A stretch of 63,048 nt of DNA, the filler included, from Bipalium vagum (taxonomy: Eukaryota), in the NCBI GenBank assembly GCA_037834085.1. It is 3 parts of 3 records of this genome, joined end to end, with 100 filler letters (N's around TTAATTAATTAA, not from the genome) between each part and the next. Parts side by side here need not be neighbours in the genome. Positions count along the whole stretch, not along the records: positions 46,940 to 63,048 come from JBBMKC010126718.1; 2 more parts are not named here. One strand, 5' to 3'. Position 1 is the first letter of the stretch. The number at the start of each line of letters is the position of its first letter. Of the stretch, positions 48,420 through 61,800 are shown in pieces. Both the position numbers and the translations under genes were made by a program. The notes beneath the pieces were generated by a model, which did not search any database, had not been told where the DNA came from, and worked only from the letters and a program-made list of their open reading frames with translations.

Positions 48420-50450
48420 GTTTTTGTTCTTAACTCACACGCTAAGTAGGGTGGTGAGTTAAATTGTTTTTCTTAATCGAAGACTTCTGAGCATAAGAGC
48501 GAGAGTGCTTTTTAACCCCAAAATAAAAAGTAACCCTAAAATAAATAACTCTATTGAAATCCATCAAGGACGATTCTCCGCATTTGTAAAGTTCCCTCTT
48601 TATTTTTGATTTAATTTTGAAAATTTTGAGTTCGATTTAGTCATTTGTTTTCGATTGTTTAAACGTTTTAACAATAATAAAAGTAACCTTCGCTGTTAAG
48701 TCCTACTAACCATTATGTTAAGTTCCACCTCTCATAAATTAGGATCTTAACATAAAGATTAATTAAATATGATGAAATAATTATTTGATTTGACTAATTT
48801 ACTTTGATATTCAATTATGGGATTACTAATTATTGGTTTTCTATTTATTTATTATTAATTTAATTGTGAAAAATTATTAATATAATAAATAAAATTATTA
48901 TTGAAATAAAATATGACGAAATTACTATATTTATTAAAAAATTGTTATAAAACAGCTTTATAACTTCAAATTCAAAAAGCCGAAAAATTGAGCTAACTTG
49001 TTGCTTTTGGTTTATTGTATTTTTAAAATTGTTTTTATAATAACTTTTGTTTTTATAATTCATAAATATCTTTTCTAAATTCTGGCACCAGTGTTAATTT
49101 TTTCTATTTCTACAATCCTGGGTCTGCAAACATTAAATTTAAAATACTACTTAAATTATCTGTTAATATTCTAAAAGTTGGGTGGATGTTAAAATTGGAG
49201 CTTATTATGCTTAGGTCTTAACGTATGAAGGTTGCTTACTTTGGTGTTCGATAAAAATTATTTAAATTAACTGAGAAAACGAGTCGATTTTAATACTTAT
49301 TTTGTTCAAAATAAATTTTAAATTACTAATGTGTGATATCGGTTCTGACTGATTAAAATTGATTTTATTAATTGTAATTATTATTTAAGAAAAATCCTCT
49401 CACTCTTAGGCTCAGAGGTCCTCGAATAAGAAGAAAAATATACTTCACCACCCAACTTAGTGTGTGAAGTATGAACAGTAAAAAGAAAAAGTGATAAGAA
49501 ATAGAAGTTTAAAAAATTAGATAATCCTCAGGTCCTGACCTGAGTATTTATTTATTTATTTAGGACAAATTGTGTCTTGTCTAACAAGACACGCCTGTTT
49601 AATAAAAGGAACTGAATATCAAAGCGATTATATTATTTTTTTATTAAAAATCGACACCAGTCTTGAGAACCTTTGGTTCCAAGCTAGTTTTTATTATTTA
49701 AGGTTATTATTGAAATTATAGCTACTTTATAATAATAAGAACTTTGTTACAGTGATGTAAAAAGTTATAAATATATATTTTTATAAAATTGTAGCAAAAT
49801 ACTTATATAATTATGAAATCAAATGTTACGTTAGGAATACAAACACTAAGATTATAAAGGTAAATTTTGTTACTTAAATATCACCAAGCAATACTAGTAA
49901 AAATGAAGTATTACTATTCAAAACATTTTATTTTTAAATAATAAAACTTTGTTACATAAATGTAACAAGTTACAATATAAATAAATTTAATTTTTCAAAA
50001 TATAAGCATATAATTATTCTTCCGCTTGTTGTAGTCTATTGTCACTTTCTTTGGCTATCGGTCTTCTTCTAGTTGGCTTACGATGTTCTTCTTTTCTTTT
50101 TCCTTTTGTAGTGGTTTTGTTATTCTTCAACCGGTTGGTCCTGATGCTTTATATAATAGAACTGCGTAGTAACGATTTGATGTAGGCTCAGGTATGATTA
50201 TCGGCCCTTGATTCAAAACTGATGTTATGGTCTGCTGTAGGTTGGAATGACTGTAAGCTTTGCTTTTGCTGTTTTTTGTAGTGGCTTGACGTCACAATCT
50301 GTAGGTTTAGATGTTCTGTCTTGCTTGAACTGTACTTGTCCGATCTATAATATTTTTTGTTTCTGTTTCTTTTGTAATTTTTGTTTTCTTTTATACTGTT
50401 CTTTTTACCTTCTTTTCTATAATCAATAACTTTTTCCCCCTAATATAATT
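48420..50450. mobile_element. LTR-retroelement debris inserted in the Polinton: two related LTR-like segments in opposite orientation plus a probable Gypsy 3' coding remnant
   Basis: 48436-48505 CACACGCTAAGTAGGGTGGTGAG...GACTTCTGAGCATAAGAGCGAGAG matches the reverse complement of ~49397-49465. Both segments end AA(G)(T/C)AACCTTC..GTTAAG.CCTA...TTAACA. Confidence 0.5.
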
Positions 50451-52839
50451 CTGCTATCTTTCTTTTTTCTATTTTTACCATTTTTCTTATTTTCTAATAT
50501 AAAAATTCTTACCTATTTTCTATTATTAGTAAATTGATGTTACATTATTATAAATTTTCATAAAAATATAAATAAATACAATCACCAATAATGCTAATAA
50601 TAATTCATACATGTTATTCCACAAGATATTATTATATTATACATTATCTTATTTATTATGATATTTCATTTTCTTTTTATTTATTATTTATTATTGCTTA
50701 ATTATCGTTTTTTTGTTATTTATTATTTTGTACAAATCAGTCAAAAGCGATTTTACAATACATATATTTTTAAATTGGGATTATATTATAGAAAATCACC
50801 GAAAAATACCAAGGTACCGCAGGAGCCAATGAAGAGTGATGACATCCCTCCAAAATTGGTAATTGACAATGGAAATATTGAACATACAGAAATATTGAAT
50901 TTTACATTTAATTTAATTTTGTGCATGAAAAAGCCTTGTTATGCTTACTTTCAAAAAATAATATTTAAATTATAAATTTGTTTTTACTTAAAATAAATAA
51001 ATAAAATAATATTTTCATAAATAAAATTTTAATATAATCATAAAATTTTCAATTAATAGAGTAATATGTGAGTTTTTACTATTTAAAGAAAGTTCTTATA
51101 TTATAGAAATTACTAAATATATCAACCCACATATTAATATTCACTCATATTAATGTATTTATAGAATTTTCTTATTTTTCAGTTAATTTAATAATTAGAT
51201 TATTCATCTTAATATTTTTATTAATTTTGTGGATTAAATTTTAATTAACTTCAACCCACAATTTATATTATTATTATTATATTTGTGTATATTAATTAAA
51301 AAGGAATTTATAATTTAAATATTATTTTTTATAAAATATAAAATAACACATAGCAAAAATAAGTTTTTGGAACAGATTTAATAAATTAAAGTTAAATATA
51401 GTATAATGATAAAATCTTATTCTTATTATAATTCTGAAATAAAATTGAAAACTATTTGTGAACAAAATAATTCTACTAACAAACATGATTTTCAATTTAA
51501 TGCAAAAAATATAAAAATTTATGAAATCATTATTTTTAACAGATTTTTAGAAATAAATGAAATAAAAGAAAATTAATTTTTTATGAAAAATTTTATTATA
51601 TTTTGTATGAAGTAAACCTTCAAAATTAATTTTTAAAAAAATGGAAATTGAAAAAATTGAAAAATTAACTTATCTAATCCATTAATTGATCAATTGGATA
51701 AAATAAAAATAGAAAATTTCATTTTGAGAAAAAGTTGTAGAAGATTTATTAATTTATTATAAAAAGTTAAAAATGAATGTACTTCTATTGATTCATACTT
51801 AAAATTTGGATGTATTTTTATTGGAGGTATTTTAGGAATTGGAACTGCTATTATGACAACTGGAACTAGTTTATTAATTTTTGTTTCTGTTACAACATAG
51901 AGAAATTTGTGAATCAATATAATTTTCAATCAATAAACTTAATGTTTTTAATTAAAAACATTAGAAGATAAAATATTATTTAATAAAGAAATTGAACAAG
52001 CTAAAATAATAATTGTAGAATGTAAAAAGAATGTTAAAAATATAAAAGAAAGATAAGCGAACTTCGTTCTTGGAAGCAAAGCTTCCTTTTTAAAAAAATA
52101 AATAAAGAATCTAAAAATGTGTTAAAAAATGAAATTAAAAAAGAGTATAGAGAAAAGTTGCGAAGCATTACTTTTAAAGACAAAGTCTAGAAAAAATATA
52201 AAAATACTTTTTTTAAAAGCTTTAAGTTTTAAGAACTTCGTATTTTTCAAAAAAGATGAGTAAATTGTATAATAACAAATATTATGAGGGTTACACCCTT
52301 ATGAAGTAAAATTTCATGGAATTAAGCCAAGTAATATATTTATTAGAAACTTTTCCTATCTTAAAATATATAGAAGCTACTTGCTTACAAGATACTGATT
52401 ATTATTTAGAAACAGAAAATTATGAGTTTCCTTGGGAAAATCAGAAGCAACACTTTTAGTGTTAAGATCTTCGCTCGCATATTTATTTGTTGTATTTTTA
52501 TTATGAAAAATACAAACTAAGTTAACAGAAACAATATTTTTAAATGCACACCTTTGGTGTCTATTATGTTTTTTAGAAAAAAAGAGTTCTCAAAACCTTA
52601 AGTTTTAAATGGATGCGAATGAAAATTTTAATGATATTTTAAAAAAAATTAAACAAATAAAAAAATAATAACTAAAATTAAATTTGAAAATAGTCACTTA
52701 AATCAATGGAAAGAAGAAATAGGATTTTACAAAATTAATCAATTTATCATAAGTCAGTTAATGATAAAATAAGTGGAATAAAACCTAAAGAAAATAGTAA
52801 TGATGAAGCAAGCGAAACTCTTAAAACCAAAGCTTTATG

Positions 52840-53201
52840 TGATAAAGCAAATGAAATTCAACCATCTGATAAACTTGACAAATGTCTTAAAAAAATATAA
52901 CTATATTTGATGATGTATTAAATGAAAAAAATCGACATATAATGGAAATGTATTTTACTAGAAGACATAATAAATGTTCAGTAATATATTTATCACAATC
53001 TTTAAAGATGTATTAGGATGTATAAGAAATAATAAAAATGTTTTAATTTTATTTAACATTTCTTATTCAGATAAATCTCAAATTTATTTTAAATTGCTAG
53101 CAACTTTCATGGAAAAAGATGAGTTTCATTATTTGTATAATTTTCATATGAGAGAAAACTACAAATATCTTTTTATAAATTTAGAAGATGAAGAAATATA
53201 A
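52840..53201 (+). pseudogene. Polinton A32/FtsK-like genome-packaging ATPase (C-terminal part; Walker A not seen)
   Basis: ITIFDDVLNE (Walker B)...YFTR-RHNKCSVIYLSQS...CIRNNKNVLILF...YKYLFIN. Confidence 0.8.
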
Positions 53202-53262
53202 CCTTCAGTTTTTTGAATAATTTTTGTAATTTTTTATTTTTTTTCAAATTTTCTTTTTAAAA

Positions 53263-54334
53263 TTGAGTGTTTTAAATTTAGATAAGAGTTATTATCATCA
53301 AAATTTAAAAAATAAGAAGAGTGATTTTTTAGAAATTAAAAATGGAAATTTAACTTGTACTTTATTGCAAACAGCAAATGATTTAAATCTTTCAGAAGCA
53401 TATATAGTTTTTGAAAAAGAAATAACTGGTATAAATGCAAATGAAGATATAACTTAAGAAAATAACCTTTTTCCTTATTTATTTGATAATGCAACTTAGG
53501 ATCAACAGAAGTAGAACAAACTCAGTATTTAAGAATTACTAATTCTATAAAAAAAATTGTAATAAAAATCTTGATAAAAATAAATGCAGAAAAGTTTGGA
53601 TGGGTACCAGATAAAGCGACCACTGGTCGATAATATAGGATATAAAACTAGAAAAATAATTATATGAAAATAAAAAGTTCACTGGAATGTTTCCTTTAAA
53701 ATTAATGTTTGAATTTTTACAATGTTATAATAGAGTGATTTATAATATGCACGGAGAATTAAATTTTATAAGAATAAGAATTGAAAAAGAAATATTTTTT
53801 GGAACTGGTAATTCAGAAATTAAATTGAATAACATGATTTTATTCATTTCAGAATTAATTTTAGATCTTTCATCAGAATTCTCTTATAAGTAGAATAGAT
53901 AATGGAAAAAATATAAATGTTAATTTTTATCTCGGTGTTGTGAAAAAAAGAAATTTAACAGATGGTGGTACACAAACATTGCAATTATATAATATACTTA
54001 ATAAACCTATTTATTTATTTATTGCTTTTAGAAATAATGGTTTTGACTTAATAGTTTACTTATTTAAGTTAAAATAAAATCATTATGAGTTCAAGTGAAT
54101 AATTCATATTATCCTTTGAATTCTATAAAATTTGAGAAAGGCAAAAATCATTTATCTTATTTCAATTTTATAAAAGGTTGTGAATATTTCAATAAGGATC
54201 CTCGACTATCTTTATTAGAATTTCAAAATTTATATTCTATATTTTGTTTTGATTTACAAGATCAACCTGAAAATTTATTTATAAGTGACGCAGTTGTAAC
54301 TATTCATATCTATGATGAGGCTAATCAGACCTGA
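53263..54334 (+). pseudogene. Polinton double-jelly-roll major capsid protein
   Basis: LSEAYIVFE; NNLFPYLFDN; FPLKLMFEFLQCYNRVIYN; KPIYLFIAF; VQVNNSYYP; EFQNLYSIFCFDLQDQPE. Motif order and spacing match Polinton/adintovirus MCPs (from recall), and the gene directly follows the ATPase. Confidence 0.78.
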
Positions 54335-55820
54335 GGAATTTTTTAATTATTTTAAAAGTATTCATTCATCTATTGGAATTTTTCTTAATGAAACTTTTAA
54401 GAATCCTGAAAAATTAAAAATGTTTTACAATTAACCTCTTCACCAAAAATTCACATTCGAGATCATGTAAGAATTGAATAAGCTTATATCACTTCTCATC
54501 CTATGAGCTTTTATTACTACTTTTAGTTCCCAAATAGCAGCTAATTAATTTACTATAACCCTAATCAATGTTAATTTCAGTATTTTAACATTTCGCTTTA
54601 TTCTTTTTATTCACTGTCATAATATTATCGGTAATTAATAAAAACTATTTATTTCAATTTAGTGCTTTTTGACATAGTTAGTAGGAATTTAAAGGTTACC
54701 AAACAAAATTATAATTTCAAAATCTTGACAGTTTTGACGAAATATATTTGCGATTCATAATCTTCTTTCAATTATTTCGATCATCCAAACCTGCTGAGTT
54801 AATTTTAGATTGTACTCAGTTTTTATTATTTGATTTTAAAATACTTAAGTAATTCATCAGAAATAGGCAGAACATTGAAATTGCAAAGCATTTTTGAATG
54901 TTCTTCTAATGATTTTTCATAAATTACTAAAAAGTTCTGATTTTTCAGATGAAAGCAAAGATTAATTATCATAAAAAATTACCATTTATTATTAGAAAGC
55001 AGAATTAAGATTTTCAAGCTTCTATTATCAGTATTATTATTTAAAATTAACCTTAGAACAAAGTTCACCTTTAATCGAGTTTCAGTATTGTAACAAACAC
55101 GTACTAAGCTCAAACAAAAATACTTTAATAATATCATTTATTTCAAAAGCACCAAGTATAATATTATCTGGGAAAATACTTTAAAACCAACAAAAATAAA
55201 CGAAAAACTGATTAAAATCAAATCGAAATCGGAGTCTGACAATTTATTTCTATAAAGATTTCGTCTCACTCTTCCAATGTCATCTGATTCTCAAAAAGCT
55301 TTCAAGATCAAAAATATATATTATATTCGGACTTTTCACTGTAGCAATAGAAAAAACAATAATCAAACTAAGGTCGAAAATTACAAGGGTAAAGATTTTT
55401 TTTAGAAAAGAAATAAATTTTTACATTTTTAATAAACTAACTAAATGTATAATAATAATAACAATAATGATAATAATAATTACTTAAAACAATAGTTAAT
55501 GATAAGAATAAATAATAATATTAATAATAATGATAATTATATAATATTCAATAATAAAATCTGTTACAGTTACCAAAAAATTAACTTTATCCTCTCTCTC
55601 TCTATTCCCTCTTCCAAATATCGTCACAATAAAAAAATAAAAAACAAAATAACCGCGCGCTTTAATAAAAAAAAATAAAAAAAACTCCACAGACACTCAA
55701 TCAGACAACAAATTCTCAAATTTTAATATTGCCAAAACCCGAAAAAGTCCCCGGATGATCCCGAGGGAGAAAGATTAGAACGATCAATGTCTATTTTGAA
55801 AGAAGACCTCGTCGTTGTCG

Positions 55821-58800
55821 TTACAAACAACCACTGCCACCGCTACTAGGACCAGTGAGAGCTGATTTTTCGACCAGCGCTTTTCTCAAGCATAGCACGT
55901 TTCGCTGAATCGATAATTGAAAGCCTTTCGATACGGGAGCCAGTGGGAAGTCTGGAACTGTCAAACTTTTATTCGTTAAATTTTCTTCATTCAACCGAGA
56001 CCACAAATCGTGAATTTCCACCAGACTATACAAAGACCCAAACAATAGAAAACGTCGATAAATACGCATAAGAAGATCAATAAGAATTTTGGATAATTTC
56101 TACATATACCTTTTTAGATAATTTGATTACTTACAAAATCAATAAAGAATAAATAAAAATAATAATAAAAAATAAAATAATTATTTATTATTAATTTTAC
56201 CAATATTTTAAATTATATTGATTTTTATTTATTATTATTTTAATATTGACTTTTTTATAACTTAAATATTTATATTTTTAATATTAAATAATAAATCGAT
56301 AATAATGAAAATATAATTATTGATTACATACTATTGATTAATATTTTAAAAACGTTTTTCAAAGTTTAATAATGATATTTTATAATTTTATTATTATTAT
56401 AATAAGTGTATATAATACATACAAAATCATCCATTATTATTTATTACCAATTGTTATAGAACTTTTATTACTTATTTTATCAGAATTTCAATATTAAATA
56501 ATAAATAATAAATAATGAAAAGATTATAATTTATCAACAATAATAAATTTTTTGAAAGTTTAACATAAATAAGCGAATAATATTACAAATGTATATTCAA
56601 ATAATAAATCGATATTCAAGAATTTATCAATTATCATTTATTATAAAAAAATTACCAACGTTTACTTATTATATAAATATTTATATTTTATTTTTTATAA
56701 ATCCTTTTTTTAATATGATTTCATTATTAATGGATAAAATTAAAGTTTAACATGAGAAGATATTACCGATTCCCAAATTCCTGGAAATGGTCCCGAATTT
56801 CCTTATCGAAAACCGGTATTGGTTTATAAAGTAAATTGATCATTGATTGTGAAATGTTATTTATTGCATTTTCATTGTACCGTTGACTATTTTCTTTGCC
56901 TTCTTCACTGCCTTTTCTGATTTCAAATCCGGCTTCATTGTAGTACGGTTCAGACACGAGAATTAACCCTGTCGACAAAGAAATTATTCTATCAGCAAAA
57001 AACATTAGCGTACCCTGTAACGAAACAATCAGCTGCAACAAGCTGGACACCTTTGAGTCCCAATTTTCCGTTCCTTTGCCATTCCAAGTTCCCAAAAGTG
57101 ACAAGCATACTCGACCCTCCGTATACAGATTGGGATTGACTCGTTCTGATGCCAGAGAAATATAAAAGACAGACGGCGGTTCTGAGGGATATTGAGCACC
57201 TAATTGTATGTCAAAGAAAAATAAGGCATGCTGATACGGTGTTCCGGAAGGTCCGACGATCATCACAGAAAACAGGTCGATTCGATCATCAAAACTTTTG
57301 ACGATGACACCACGGGGAAGACTGGTCGAAAGTAAATTGATCTGCAAATTGAAAAAAGCAGAGTAAAGAAAAAATCAATAGCAATAGATAATAAACATGT
57401 CACACTCACATCTCTTTTCCAAGCTCGACTGAATTTAGCGTTGCTGAAACTCGGTCGATTGGAGTTGATGAATTTGTGCGAAGTCGGTGCCGAATCGATA
57501 ATCATGAATTGGCCTGAAAGAAATAAATAAAACGGAAATAATTTTATTAATATTATTATTACTGTAATTAATTTTTATAAATATTATTTGTTAATTTAAA
57601 TATAAAGTGGTGGTTAGGGCACCTTAAAATTATCATCATAAATTAAGTAATTATCATTTTGTATCAGTTACAAAATTCTACGATTTGTTTAATAGAAGTA
57701 ATTGATTTATTTATTAACTTAACATATCTGAAATTTCAGTTTGGCATTTTTGATACTAAAAACTAATAGTAAGTAGTAATGGTACTTCGACAATCAGATC
57801 CCAATTTGTATACTTTTATTCCGAGAAGGGTATAGTCAGATGGAAATTTCAAGAAGATTAAATGTCACGAGATGTGCAGTGGAGAAAACGTTACTCAAGT
57901 ATAATGAAACGTGCAGCTATCATGAACAGAAAGAAATGACCTGAAGAGGACAACATCCTATGGTGATGTGTAATTCACCGATCTATGGTTTTCAATCTGA
58001 TAAGTGCTTCATAAGCCTGTTTGGACAATATTCTCAATATGTTCGCAGACCAACTGGTGAAAGGTACACAAAACAGACAGAGAAGCATGCAGACCCCCTG
58101 ATGATATGGGGTTGCCAATGGTTCAGATGAAACTGAGAAAAAGTCAAGAATTAACTCAAAAGTGTACGTCGACATACTGGATAGAAAATTGGAAAAATCT
58201 TTGGAAAATCTAGACTGTAATATTTTCATGCAGGATTCCGTGTCTTGTCAAGTTTCAAAAATAAGTAAGAATTGGAGACATCATAACTTTGAAGTGGCTT
58301 GGAAATTCCCCAGACTTAAGTCCCTTAGAAAACCTATGGAAAAAATGAAGGAATTAGTAAAGTCCATTTTCCGTCCGTTTTTCACCCAACTCCGCTGACT
58401 TCAATCCCTTTGGAAATCTTTGGAAACTAATGAAAAATGAAGTACGAAAAAGACAACCAAAAGATGTGGAATATTTACAGATAGTTATACAAGAAATTTG
58501 AGATGGATTCTCTGTTGAAACTATCAAGTAATTAATTCGTAGCATGCCAACAAGAATTGAAAGCTGTCTTGAGAACAATGGGGGACAAATTAAATATTTA
58601 TTGTTTTGTTGAAATAAATGTATGTGAAATATTTATCAAATTTTACTTTTTATCACTTTTTATCGTGATAACTAATTATCGGAATTATTATCATTAATAT
58701 TTTTTATATTACTACTTTATTATTTATCTATAATATTTTATTGATATAATTATCGTTATTATTTTTATTTTTATTATTATTTATTTTTCATTCTTATTTC

Positions 58801-61800
58801 TATTAGGATTATTATTATTATTTACCCCTGTGTTCGACGGGAATCGGTTCGCATGTGGACAATGTACGTTCAGAAAAATCAGCCTTCACCAAATCCGCTC
58901 CAGACAAAACCTGATTGGTCTTATCATCAATGACAGCGGGAGACAAGGAGAGAAGTTGTTCCCGGTCCGAATCATTCTGGGCGATTGCAGTTTCATCAAA
59001 CACTTCGTTGTCAGTTCTTTCACCGATCAAATTATCGACCGGAGCTACTAAGGACGTGTCGTTCACGACTCCATTGGATGCGTGGTGTTTTTCTTCCTAA
59101 GAAATTTTTTTCAAAAAAGTACGCATATTCAAGAATTGTTACTTGTGCTGTTCCCGTATTTTCTTCGTTACGGGGTTGTTCATTGTAATAGCATGACTTT
59201 TCTGCTAACCACACTTCAATCGATTCTTGCAAATACTGAAGTTGCGAACAAATATTCTGATATTGGGTGACCAAATAATCTCCGATGACGGTGTTGGGAT
59301 TTTCCTCACTTAATTTTCGGAAAAATGAAAAACGATAAAAATGACAACATAATTACACAAATAAAATATTGATTTAATTGTTTATAATGGAAAAAAATAG
59401 AAAAATAATATTAATAAAAGTGATAATAAATATTATTATAAAAAATAAAGATAAATATATAATATAAATAAAAAAAATTATAATAATTATAAATAATATT
59501 AAAAATTATTATTATTACTGACCAATAACTCTTTAATTATTTATTGATTTTGAAAACAGTATTGTTGATTTTATTCGTTATAATAAATGATTAAAATATT
59601 TTTTAATCAATACTTTCAAGTGCAAAATCATAAAAGAAAAATGAAATTTAAGATTAAAAAAAACTCCAACTTGTTGCCATGTAGCAAAATTTCATTGGAA
59701 ATTGAAACACAACCATTTGGCACTTCCATATCGTCTGTAACGGCATTGTCCGTTTGAGAACTCGACAAAAAATCGATCTCATTTTGATCAGTCATTGCAC
59801 TTCCGATATCATTATTTTTCAAGTTGGTTTCGTATTTGAATTTGGCATTGGAAACGATGAAATTTTTTATGTTTCTAAACGACAGAAATTCTTTCGGACG
59901 GTAACATTCAAACTGGAATAAATATAAAATTTTAAAAATCTGTTGAATATATTACAAAAATAAATTTCGAAAATAAAAAAAATGTTATTATAATAATAAT
60001 TATAACTAGTAATAATAATAAAAGCAGACCAAAATCAAAACCACACATACCATTCTTTTGATACCGACGTCGTTGCACTGTTTGTAAATGTTACCGATGT
60101 TTTGGCGAATTTCGTAGAGCGTTCGAATGGCCATTTGCTGCTCGGGAAAGGATATATTAACATGATGAATGGGAGACTTGTTGTCTTCAGAGGTGCGGGC
60201 CATCTTGAAGATATCCTTTACACTCAGCATTTGGCTGACATGTAATGGTAATTTTGATTGCAAGATTTCTGTGAATTCTGTGACACTGTTTAAAATAGCT
60301 TTGACTTTATTGATTTTCTCCAGTAACTCGTAAAAATCTTTTCGAGCACATCTAAGCAAATATTTTTGAGAGACTATTATTAACCTTATAATAAAAGAAT
60401 TATTTTTCATTTCATTTCAACTTTTGTGAAATTAAAGCATAAAAAATTATCATTGAAATGTCTATTTCAATAATAATTATTTAATATTTAAAAATGAAGT
60501 TTACCAAATATATATAGAAAATCCATGTTACTTTAATTTTGATAATGTGCATAATTAGCATTTTTAATTTTAAATTTATTTGTTTATTTATGAATCTTAT
60601 AAAATCAATCAATATAAAAATTTTTAAATTAAATAAAATATTTATTTTGATTTTCAAATGAAAAAGTGACATTGATTTTACATTACAAAATATTAATACT
60701 AACTATTAGTACTAACAAAAGAATATTTTAAAATAAATCCATTTTTAATTATCGAATTTAAAATACTAATTGTCCAAAAAGTATTTTGAATTTCAAATAA
60801 TAATGAAAATAACTAGGCACTATTAAATAAAAATCTCTTTACACTAAGTAAATCAAATTATTGTTAAATTAATAAAATATTGATTTCACATAAACTGTAA
60901 ATTAATCATCAAGAATTAATGATTTTGATCGACTTCTTATCTAAACTTAAATAATAATTATTTTTCATTAAAACAAATAATCAATCTTAAAAAAATTTTT
61001 TTTAATGTTAATTTATTGAATAGAAGTTGTTTATAAAAACATTAATCTTCCCTCTATTAAAAGAAATCAATTTAACGAGCTTAAACTATTGAATATTAAT
61101 GATATTTTTGAATATTCTAATGTTAAATTATTTTCGAATCGAATGAATAAAAATTAACATAACGTATTGATTAAATCAATTTAATAAATTTTTATTATCT
61201 AATGCTTTTTAATAATCAGAATGTAAAATCAAGTAATTTTGTTCACATAAAAAGTTTTATTTTTATTGGAAATTTATATTTGAAATTTGTGTATTATAAA
61301 TATTGAAATATTTACAATATAAAAATGTATTGATTAGTCAATGTTTGAATTATTGATTTTGAAATATTGAATTATTTTAAATGTATTTAATAAATAATTA
61401 CTAAAAAATTAATTAATCAACTAATTATTCAATTTAAAAATTCGAATAGAATTCCATTATAAAAAATCAATAATTAAATAGTTCTAATTTAAATATTTTC
61501 AATATAAGAGATACAACTTTTCAAATTTGATTGTTTAAAATTAATTATTTTAATTATGAAACCCACCGGAGAAATGGAAATCAATATTGAAAAAATTGAG
61601 ATTTAAAAAAAATTGAGCAATAAAATGTTAACCAATATTGTAATTTCTTTTATCAATATAATCACAATTTAAATAGTAAACCAAAAATTAATAAGAATAA
61701 AAACTCAATATTTTAAAATAATCTAACATCAATTTCGACAAGTACGACTCATCTGACTGTGTGGTTTCGATTTCTTCCACAGTTTCCCAACCGCTGGAAT

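Noticed and set aside
52255-52600. Candidate Polinton adenain-type cysteine protease
   Set aside because: No HW..., FDSFG or Q...CG motifs could be recovered.
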